DNA of 64,000 nucleotides. It comes from Eledone cirrhosa (lineage: Eukaryota). The position numbers and the translations under genes were made by a program. Below the pieces are notes generated by a model. The model searched no databases. It had not been told where the DNA came from and was given only the letters and a program-made list of their open reading frames with translations. This document shows, in pieces, positions 1 through 64,000 of the stretch. Location of the stretch: positions 173,600,001 through 173,664,000 of the forward strand of contig OZ024741.1 of the NCBI GenBank assembly GCA_964016885.1. Reading direction: 5' to 3'. The number at the start of each line of letters is the position of its first letter. Positions within the stretch are counted from its first letter, which is position 1.

Positions 1-1530
1 ATACCCAGTTTCTTTCTCAACTCGTCCATGCTTGGTCATTCACGCACATTGGCATTAAACATCCAACGGAGCATACTTGCTTCATTTCTCTCCAGCCATT
101 GCATATCCTCTGCAGTTGCTGCCCAAGTCTCACTACCATGCAGCATCGTGCATCTCACACAGGCATCATATAACCGTCCTTTCATACGCAGGAAGAAACC
201 CTTCTTTGTCAACAGAGGAAGCAGCTCCCTAAACTTCTTCCAACCGATCCTTATTCTAGATACTATGGCCTTGGAACATCCCACTTCCATGCTAATCTGA
301 TCACCTAGGTACCGGAAGCTATCAATCACTTCTATAGAACCCACCTGCATTGGAAAAATGTGTCTATCATTGCGATTACTACTGTCTAATTTCCCTGTAC
401 ATCTACTGCATACATAGTTTTCTCTACCTGTTAGTTTGCTGCTATCCAACTACATCTCTTATGTACCCAAGATCTGCATTGCGTACATTTTATGGAATTT
501 ATGCCAGTTCCTTTCCTTCATATCGAACATGGCCATTTTCCTGATGGAATCAGAGTATTGTCCTCTCTTCTACTTATCAACACTTTTGTCTTAGCTATGT
601 TCACTCTCAGTCCTCTTGATTCCAACTGCTGTTTCCATAGCCAGAATTTATTCTCTAGCTCCTCTACTGATTCTGCTATAAGAACCAGATCATCAGCATA
701 GAGAAGTTACCATGGGCATCCAGTCTTAAACTCCTTTGTTATGGCTTGGAGGACTATAATGAACAAGAGGGGTCTGAGGACCGATCCCTGATGTACACCT
801 ACGTGTACCTGGAATTCCTCACTAAACTCCATTCCTACTCTCACTTTACTGACAGCACCGCTGTACATAGCTTGCACTGTCCTCACAAGCCATTCCTCTA
901 CACAGATGACAGATTGGGGTACCCTATCAAAGACCTTCTCTAGGTCAACAAAAGCTAAGTATAGTGGCTTATTCTTCTCTAAGAACCTCTCTTGTAATTG
1001 CCTCACCAAGAAGAGGGCATCTGTTCTACTTTTCCCAGGCACAAAACCAAACTGCATCTCATCTAATTTCACCCTTTCTCTAATCTGTTGTGCTAATATT
1101 CTCTCTGCCACTTTCATAACCTGATCCATCAGCTTTATGCCCCTATAATTGCTCCTCTCTAGAGCATCCCCTTTACCTGAAATTTATGAGAATACTGCTG
1201 CACCAGTCTTTGGGTATGACACCACCATATATAACTTGATTGATGATGCATGCAACCAGTTTAGTGCCTACTTCTGATGCCTTCAGCATCTCAGCAACTA
1301 TCCCTGACGGTCCAGTAGCCTTACCATTCTTCATTTCCTTAATTGCCTCTTGTACCCTATATTTGTCAATCTCAATAGCTGGTCCCTCTCTCGGGTGTAC
1401 TGGGGGGTAATTTCTCTCTCTCCCATTCGTTCTGCACACTCATCAGTCTCTCATAATGACATTTCCAGGCCTCATTTTTTTAATAATTCATGACACTAAG
1501 TACACCGGCATCATTGTGGACACACATATA
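1..1530 (-). mobile_element. Degenerate RTE-type LINE ORF2 fragment (RT region)
   Basis: Frameshifted ORFs with GPSGIVAEMLK, QFGFVPGK, AFVDLEKVFDRV, GVHQGSVL.PLLF, YADD (near 690-701) and FRYLG; runs off the window edge. Confidence 0.9.
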
Positions 1531-1730
1531 TATAGTGGCCGCTGACAACATCTTTCCATCTCTAGGGGACTTTACCTAGTTTTTATAAGATATTTTATAG
1601 CAACCGACTGCAATTGCAGTTATTTTCTGCATTTGAGCTTCCTACATCTTATAAATTTATTTCCTCAGCACTTTGTAAGTTCAAAAATTCAAACTTCAAA
1701 CATGACATTTGTTTTTATTTATATATATAT

Positions 1731-2014
1731 GGAGGCAGATAGCTTAGTGGTTAGAGCATTGGGCTTGCAATTGAAAGGTTGTGAGTTCAATTCTCAGACC
1801 GAGTGATGTGTTGTTTCTTTGAGCAAGACACTTTATTTCACATTGCTCCACTGCAAAGTGGTCGTGGAGGTGCCACGGCAAAAAAAAGCACCCAGCACTC
1901 ACTGTAAATGAGGTTGGTGTTAGGAAGGGCATCCAGCTGTAGAAATCAAGCCAGAATCAGTTCCCGTCCCACCCTTGCAAGCAGGGAAAAGCGGACGTAA
2001 AAGGATGATGATGA
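1731..2014 (+). mobile_element. tRNA-derived SINE (family A) with LINE-derived (GAT)n tail
   Basis: A box (GCTTAGTGG), B box (GAGTTCAATTC); 3' end shared with the RTE LINE tails in this window. Confidence 0.8.
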
Positions 2015-2328
2015 TATATATATACGCACACACACATACATATACACACTCACACGCACATTTTCTTTTGTTTTTCTTACATTTATCTTTCTATTTCTTT
2101 TCTCTCTCATCTTATCTTCTGCTCAAGGATTTACGTTTGAAAGGTTAAGATGCTTATCAAGCATTAAGCTAATATGTATCACCATTCTGTTGAATTGTTC
2201 TTCCATGTTGACTTTTTTTATATGTGTGTGTCTACCTCCTTTAGAATGACAAAAATATTCTCACTGAATAATATATATATATTGACATGGCCTGGGTCAA
2301 TACTAGCCCAAACCTGTCAAAGTTCTAT

Positions 2329-2664
2329 ATCATCATCATCATCATTTTACGTCCGCTTTTCCCTGCTTGCAAGAGTGGGACGAGAACTGATTCTGGCTTG
2401 ATTTCTACAGCTGGATGCCCTTCCTAACACCAACCTCATTTACAGTGAGTGCTGGGTGCCTTTTTCCGTGGCGCCTACACATCCACTTTTCAGTGGAATG
2501 ATAGGGACCCCAGTCCTATCATCTCATTTCTACAGCTGAGTAAACTGAAGCAATGTGAAATAAAGTGTCTTGCTCAAGGAAACAACACATCACCCAGTCT
2601 GAGAATTGAACTCACAACCTTTCGATTGCAAGCCCAATGCACTAACCACTAAGCCATGTACCTC
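2329..2664 (-). mobile_element. tRNA-derived SINE (family A)
   Basis: Reverse-complement copy of 1731-2014; similar copies at about 42010-42430 (-) and 26430-26507 (+, head only). Confidence 0.8.
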
Positions 2665-2826
2665 TATATATATATAACTATTACACTATGGACCAAATGA
2701 GTTGGTATTAAACCCAATGAAACTTGAGTATCTATGTAATGCCACTGTTGTGATTATACATAACTCGTCCTACAGACTGAGTACTCTAAACCCTTGGATA
2801 TTATATACCAAAGTTTTACTACAATA

Positions 2827-3656
2827 CTAGACCACCCGTGATCCATTGGGTCATGTTCACTTCAAAATATTTTTAAATAATTAAAATATTCACAGACATG
2901 TATATAATGTGAAATGAAATTGGAAGGCCCATATATATACGTGTGTGTATGTATATATATAAATGTATGTGTGTATATATGTGGGTGTCTGATCTATATA
3001 CACTGGTCGTAAACACACACACACACACACATATATCAGATGGTGGATGGGTGCTACACGAGAATGCTGAGGATGGCTCTGAACATTAATCAGTATACAC
3101 TGAGGATGAAAAACTCAGAACTGTATGGGAGCATCCCAAAAGTCAGCTCAAAAGTGACACAGAGGAGACTGAGGTTAGCTGGACATGCTCACCGACATCC
3201 AGAGTTGACATTGCACTCAGTGCTCCTTTGGGAGCCCCTACATGGACACACTAGAAGAGGAAGACCAAGGTTAACGTATGTTGATGCCCTAAGGACAGAC
3301 ACTGGTCTGTTGGAGACGCAGGACATGGCAGCGATAATGAGGGACAGAGACCGCTGGAGAGAACTCGTCCATGGATCTCGGGAATTTTACCCACCTTAGA
3401 GATATATACACAAAACACCACCATTCTCCTTCTCTGTCTCCTCTCCCTCTCTCTATCTCTCTCTGTTTATGAAGGTACCCGGAAAAAACCCATATCTCAG
3501 GAACCAGTGGTCCAATTTATGCAAAACTTGTTTTATTCCATTTGTATTCCCATTTCAGGGTCAACTTCCTTTGAAAGTATTTTCCCATTATGCACCCTTT
3601 TGGCTGTATTACATTACAGACAAGCAAGCAATCACAGACTTTTAGTATTATATAGA
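2827..3656 (-). mobile_element. Non-autonomous Helitron-like element carrying an RTE fragment
   Basis: Minus strand starts A|TCTATATAATACTAAAAGTC and ends with a subterminal hairpin (ACCCAATGGATCACGGGT) then CTAG|T; inserted between A and T, no TSD. Confidence 0.65.
3038..3402 (+). mobile_element. 5'-truncated RTE LINE 3' end
   Basis: Nearly identical to 15968-16329 (3 substitutions seen); RLRLAGH...RGRPR motif. Confidence 0.9.
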
Positions 3657-3904
3657 TATATGTATGCATACAAGTTCATTATTTAATTCAAGGAGAATAC
3701 TTTTGCAATTCCAAAGGAGATTATAAGATGAAAATTATATTAATAGATAATTCATTGAAGTTCATTATATATATATATACTGTACATACTTGTATGAAAT
3801 TTGCATTGGTAGATAATGATGATACTTATATCTCATATGAAAGATGTGATAAAAATTTGTATCATATTCATATCTCAAAACATTCAGTAAAAATCAGTAA
3901 CAGG

Positions 3905-3910
3905 TTTATT
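3905..3910 (-). promoter_or_regulatory. Candidate polyadenylation signal AATAAA of the Roco gene
   Basis: First AATAAA on the minus strand, about 75 nt after the stop codon. Confidence 0.35.
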
Positions 3911-3983
3911 AGTGTGTTTGTTACTCAAACAGGTAAAAATAAGAAAATATTCATACATAAAATTTTGTTATTATAATTAGTTA

Positions 3984-57695
<53,712 letters not shown>

Positions 57696-58660
57696 CTAAA
57701 AAATTGGAAAATCATTAATAATAACAATAATAATGATTAATACCAATACAACACAGCAAGTATTTGTGCCTTATAATAGATTTCATACTCATCATGGGGT
57801 CCTTTCTGAGCTTATGGTTGGATGTCCTTCTTGGTACCAACCCTTTTAGTTATCTTTTACAACAAGCAGAGATATGGTGTACCTATTCTAAACCAGATAC
57901 ACATGGTAAAATCTTTATTTTCAATATAGAAATAATAAAAAAAAAAGAAGGGGAAACAAAAGGAAAGAAAGGATAGGGAAATATAGGAAAAAAATAGAGA
58001 GAAAGAAAGAAGAAAAAGATCGGGAAAGGGAGGTAATGGCAAGAGCTGTGGTGTTGCAGAAGAGAGAGGAGGGCTGATCGGGGGAGGGTGATTGGGGATT
58101 GGACCTAGGGCAGAAGTGCTGCGCCCTGCTAACAAGACGGGCAAAAGAAAAATAATAACAACAACAACAATAATAGTGGTTTGTTATTTAGGCACAAGTT
58201 CAACAAGTTTAGGGGAGTGGAAAGTCTATTAAATTGACCCCAGTGCATTACTGGTACTTTATTTTAACGACTCCATAAGGATGAAAAGCAAAGCTAACCT
58301 CAATGAGATTTGAACTGAGAATGTATAAAGCAAGGCACTTTATTTCATATTGCTCCTGTACACTCAGTTTGTAATTCAAAGAGCCAGCCTTGTCAAACTT
58401 GGGTTATACTGAATCTCCCTGAGAGCTACGTTAATGGTACAAGTGTGTAGAATGCCCTGTTACTTACATGCTAATGAGCAGGCTGACCTGTTGATGAAAC
58501 AACTGGCACACTCATCGTTACAACAGATGGAGGTCCAACATATATATGTAGTTTGTGTGTGTGTGTGTGGTGCACAAGGTTTGAAGATGTGCATATGTGG
58601 TTTGAAGGTATGTGTGTATGTTTACAGGTGTGTGCTAAATTCATGGTTTGTAGGTGAGTG

Positions 58661-61339
58661 TGTAGCGAGATCTGTCCACACCTCGAACCCTGGATGACAC
58701 CTAAAGGTCAAACTCTAGGTCACCACCCTTTTGGTGTGAACAGGTTCATGCGTGGGCTATCCCCTCAAAGTGGAAGGCAGAAAGCGACAGGTATATAAAG
58801 CCTGTATATTCCCATGTTATACACAGAGAGATCGGAGTATTACACCTATTAATGTTATTACATCTAACAACTTTGTTATAATCATTCTAACAAATACTAC
58901 TAATACCATTCGTTATATTGGTGAACCCGACGTAATAAAAAAAAAAATACGAAATGGTATTTTAAAAAAGAAAACAACACGCAACAAACTTTTTTTCAAC
59001 ATGGCCAACATCTAACAATTTTCTCATCTATATGGTACGATATGATAAAACTTCACTTTTTCAAATTATTCACCAAACTTCCATTCTACGGAATATTTAC
59101 AGTGACTTCACTTTTATGTTTCGATTCATTACCAAACACTACACCAATCTCCAACAACAACAACAGACAATACTACTAGCTTCCTAGCAAGAAAACTATC
59201 ACATAAAGAAGAGAAAACTGAACTTTTTGTAAAGAACAATTATATAAATTTTTTTTTTTCTTTTTTACAGGTTATATATGAACATTCATTTTTATTTATT
59301 TATTTTTCTACTGTATTATATGCCTGTATGAATATACACGTTTTCTTTGTCACACACCAACATGTTTTTGTCTATGGTATATTCTGGATTCGGTTGGGTC
59401 TTAGCGAGATCACTTTTCAATTGGTCGAGGTTCGGCAACAGCTATTAAACACATGAGAAACTCACCCATGGTTACTACTCGCTTGGACTCACTCAGGCAC
59501 GCAACTCAAAATTGCACACACTCATGTCATAGTGTAAACCTCGACTCACTGGAAAGGAATCTTACGTATGATGATACATCAAAAGAAATAGTCCACTGTG
59601 TTATTATATCATAATCCGATACCGTAACCCCAACGTTCAGTCATCCATACACAACAGTTTGAAATACATGATCACAACTTTGTATATTTACAGTTTCTTC
59701 TAAATGTTACACACACAAACACATGCATACACAGTTATACAATATTTCTTTTCTTCTCACTCCAAATTTCTCTACACTCGAAATGCAGGCGCAGTACCCA
59801 CATTTTGTGTGTTTTGGGACACGCTTCTGGAATCAGATTTCGCTACCCCTTTTATAATCGATCGCTGCTCCTGCATCGATCTGGGTAAGGAACTAATGTA
59901 GTGAGATCTGTCCACACCTCAAACCCTGAATGACACCTAAATGTCAAACTCAGGTTCATGCGTGGGCTATCCCCTCAAGATGGGAGGCAGAAAGTGACAG
60001 GTTTATAAAGCCTGTATATTCCCACGTTATACACAGAGAGATCGGAGCACCACGATACAGACCAGCTATGTGAAAGATTCACCGCTACCTTCAGGCCCCA
60101 GAGGTCTACAGACATACAGAGCGATTGGAGCAGTACGCTATTACAAACTATGTGAAAGATTCACCGCTATCTACAGTCAACTACAGACCATTCAGAGGTA
60201 TACAGACCATTACTCTCTCTCACTATGGTCTCAGACTACACCAGCCTCATGAACCAACAACAAAAATAACATTGTCAACCTTCGCAAGCCATGGTAACTT
60301 GTTTATTGTTGTTTGTGACTGAACTGAAGTAAACCTTTTATATATATAAAGTAGCCAGAGTCAGAACGGGATGAAAAAAGTTCAGAGAGCTTATACTGCT
60401 GTTGGCCACAAAAGGTTTCTCTCTAAAAATGAAAGGCAGATTGTATGATGTCTGTATATGAACAGCAATGCTACATGGCAGTGAGACATGGGCATTACGT
60501 GCAGAGGACCTGCGTAGACTGGAAAGAACGAAGCATGCATGCTCCGTTGGATGTGTAATAGTAATATACGTGAACGGCAAAGCATAAATGAACTAAGTGA
60601 GAAATTAGGAATAAGAGGGATCAGATGCTGTTTACTTGAGAGAAGACTACGTTGGTATGGTCACGTGATGCGCATGAAAGATGACAGCTGCATAAAAAAG
60701 TGCAGGGCGATCAAAATTGATGGTAGTTACGGAGTAGGTAGACCCAGAAAAACCTGGATTGATCTGATAAATTCTGACCTCACATACTTACATCTCTCTA
60801 AGACAATGTCTCTAGACCGAGATCGTTGGCGCTACGCAGTAATACAGAAGACCCGCCTTGCCTATGTACAAAGGGAAACCTACAGTCAGTAGGCACCTCT
60901 TAACCAAATATACACCCCCATCTACTACCCCTACCCTATCCTCCCACTCCCACAAACAGCATGAGATAATGAGATCGAGATCGTGTAGGTGTCACGACAA
61001 AAAACACACAGTCCACGCTGTAATGTGGCCGTGTAGGTAACACGGTAAAAAGTTCCCGGTTCCACACTGTAAATGTGGTTGGTGTTAGGGAGGGCATCCA
61101 GCCGTAGAAAAACTGTCAGATAGTCCTATATGAGCGAGACACGGTCACTCGACCAGCCTTGCCTCAAGTGGGACAACTCCCGTCTAACCCATGCTAGCGT
61201 GGAAAATGGACGTTAAACGAAGATGATGATGATGATGATGAAAGTAAATCGGCCATTCTTGTTATTTTATCTAATAACCGTGTTATTCATCTAACAACTT
61301 TGTTATAATCATTCAAACAACTAAAATCATCCTTCGTTA
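58661..61339 (+). mobile_element. Non-autonomous LTR retroelement with tRNA-Trp PBS
   Basis: 5' LTR 58661-58917 (TGTAGCGA...TCGTTATA), PBS 58919-58936, purine tract 59883-59892, 3' LTR 59897-61339 split by a LINE, candidate TSD AGTG. Confidence 0.8.
60354..61240 (+). mobile_element. 5'-truncated RTE LINE inserted in the 3' LTR
   Basis: RRLRWYGHVMRM..GRPRKTW, (GAT)n tail, TSD AAAGTA at 60348-60353 and 61241-61246. Confidence 0.88.
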
Positions 61340-62677
61340 AGTGTATGTGCATATGTGGTTTATAGTTGAGTAAATGTGTGGGCATGTATGTAGTTTGAAG
61401 GTGTGTGTGTGTATGTATGTGGTTTGTAGTGTGTATGAATATGGTTTCAAGGTGCATGTATGTGTGTTTGTGTTTGATGGTTGACTTCAGTTGAGTTTAT
61501 TGATTATAATTGGTACAACAACTCCATCCCTTGCAAAGTACAATATTGATTTCAATGGGTGATATCACATAAAACAATCTTGCAAAACAAATAGAAAAAT
61601 GAATACACACACACAAACACACATATATATATATAGTCTAGAACTAGCTGTTGAAATGGTAAGAGCTCAACTGTCGGGGGTCCTGACTCATTCATCTAAT
61701 CATACTCTACTACCCCAAGTATTGAAAAATCTAGTGAGTAATGGTCTCACCAGTTTCTAACTGAATCAATCCTGATATATATATAGTTAAAAGTTAGTGT
61801 CCAATGACTGAGCTCACACCATTTCAATATGCACTAACTTTGAACTATACATACACTCTACTTTCCCTGTACTGAGTACTTATCTACATATGGTCTTACT
61901 AGTTTAACTGGTAACTCCCAATTTATCTATATATATATCATTTTTAGTTCATGATTGGCTTGGTTTTTATGAGTTTGGAATCCGATTGTCTTGTCCACGA
62001 GATGCTTTGTTTGACTTTGTTTTCCGAGTGCATTATTTATGCTTCAGGCATTCGATGATAGTTTTTGTTTGTTCTATATATAAGTATGTAGTGTATATAT
62101 GTGTAGTGTAAGTGTATTTATATTTAGGGTAGTTATCGATGGTGAATAGACTGGGTGAAGCAATAACAGTCTTGTTTACGTATATATAATTATAAGATCT
62201 CCCTGCTCTACAGTTAAGCTTTTACCATTTCATTTGCTATTAAAATTATATATGCTTGGTTGGGCAGAGAATCCTTATAATAATATCCACACTCTACTTT
62301 GATTAAGTATAGAGTATGAAGTTGAATAATGTTCTTACTGGTCTTAACCAATAACATCTCATCCATATATATAAAGAGAGAGAGAGAGAGAGTAGAACAT
62401 CGGTTCACAAACTTAATTGATTCCTGAAGGCCATTCATTACCTAAAATGTTTGGAAACCGAAACGTATTTTCCCATACAAAATGTTGAGAGAGAAATACA
62501 GTGAGAGAGAGACTGTATGTGAAAGACAGATAGATATCACCATAGTAATTAACTACACAGCAATTAATGGTTTCCTGCTGACACACCAAGTTTGTTGCCA
62601 GCTTGCATGTTCATTACTTGAGACAGGTTTGTGAACCAAGACATTTTATGATTGGAAACATTATTTGTGAACTGATA

Positions 62678-62896
62678 GTCCGACCCTCTACCGATACTGC
62701 CAATCCACTCAGGGCGGTGGATTGGCAGTATCGGTAGAGGGTCGGACGCCATGCTTTCCAACATAGTTACGTCCCTTTACGGTCTGAGTTCAAATCCCGC
62801 CGAGGTTGACTTTGCCTTTCATCCTTACGGGGTCGATAAAATAAAGTACCAGTAATACACTGGGTAATTGCTGGCCTTGTGCCTAACGTAGAAACA
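62678..62896 (+). mobile_element. Family-B SINE with inverted duplication of its 5' end
   Basis: 31-bp perfect stem 62678-62708/62717-62747; TSD ATTATTTGTGAACTGAT at 62660-62676 and 62897-62913. Confidence 0.88.
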
Positions 62897-62958
62897 ATTA
62901 TTTGTGAACTGATTTGTTTATGAACTGAGGTTCCACTGTATGTATATTTATGTATATT

Positions 62959-63021
<63 letters not shown>

Positions 63022-63023
<2 letters not shown>

Positions 63024-64000
63024 TAGTCACCATTTAGAGTCCATTCCTCCATGCTAGCATGGGTTAGACAAATTGTCCAGTTGTGAAACAAGTCAGATCA
63101 AGTAACTCTTCCACATACAGAACTGGTTCTGGCTTGGTTTCTACAGCTGGATGCCCTTCCAACCACATTTACAGTGACTACTGGGTGCTTTTTGTCATGG
63201 CCCCTACATAACCACTTTACAGTGTAGGCTGGGTACTTTTTGTTGTGGCATAAAAATGACCACTTTACAGGCTGGGGATTGGGACAGTAGATCTAGGGTC
63301 ATAGATGAAGGGTGGGGTGTTAGGACATGAGAGGTGAAGGTGCATACTAAATGTGTTTCAACCAGTATACAAGGGAAGGCAGGTATTCTGTATTACTGCA
63401 TAACGCCAGAGATCACAGTCATCACCTTGGAGAGGTGCAATTGTGCAAGGGCAGCTTTTATCACCTCATCCCAAGTCTTTCTACTCTAAGGCTTCCATCA
63501 ACTTTGATAGTTCTGCACTGTTTTATACAGCTGTCATGCTTCATACTCATTACAATACCAATGGAATTTCTTCTCCTGCATTTATATTACTATTACACAT
63601 CCATCGAAGCATGCAAGCTTCATTTCTTTCCAATCTACACACAGTGCCAAGGCTTCAGTACCATGCAACATTGCTGTTCATATACATGCATTATACAATG
63701 CCCTTTGTTTTGAGGAAAAAACCTTTAGTAGTTAGCAACGGTAGTAGCTCCCTGAAATTTTCCATCCCATTCTTACTCTAACTACTGTTCTTTCAGAACA
63801 TCCACCTCCACTGTTGATTTGGTCACCCAGGTAGCAGAAGTTGTCTACTGCTTCTACGGAACCCTCCAAAAATTTCAGAGATTGTTTTCTGTGGGCGTTT
63901 GTTGCTTACTACCCTGGTGTAACGGTCATATATAAAACCTATATTCTTAGCTAACCTACCTGAGATCCCACTACATCTCTTAAATACCCATAGTTTGCAT
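63022..64000 (-). mobile_element. Degenerate RTE LINE 3' part
   Basis: Reverse-complement homologue of 33730-34770 (FCYLGD, GWKISG/ELLP, 3' UTR). Confidence 0.8.

Noticed and set aside
57700-64000. A further upstream ROC exon, for example ORF 62214-62438
   Set aside because: No ROC-like motifs or convincing phase-0 donor found by eye; the region is largely repeats, so the next exon is probably beyond the window.

Overview
AT-rich, repeat-dense animal genomic DNA. The SINE/LINE repertoire and microsatellite load suggest a mollusc, probably an octopus-like cephalopod (inference). Almost the whole window (3984-57695) is the 3' part of one minus-strand, intron-rich gene. I assembled it by hand into 13 coding exons with GT-AG boundaries and fully compatible phases (2214 nt, 737 aa plus stop). 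The product reads: end of ROC / COR domain (Roco family), Cys/His-rich segment, Death domain, TIR_2-type TIR domain keeping the catalytic-position Glu, Ser/Thr-rich tail, C-terminal CaaX box (CIVL). The N-terminus lies beyond the window. Introns and flanks hold RTE-type LINEs, GC-rich CRE-like restriction-endonuclease retrotransposons, a Penelope RT fragment, mariner fragments, TTAA-flanked MITEs, a Helitron-like element, a gypsy-like pol relic and a non-coding LTR element with a tRNA-Trp primer-binding site. They also hold three tRNA-derived SINE families, a 43-bp minisatellite array and two long near-perfect inverted repeats.
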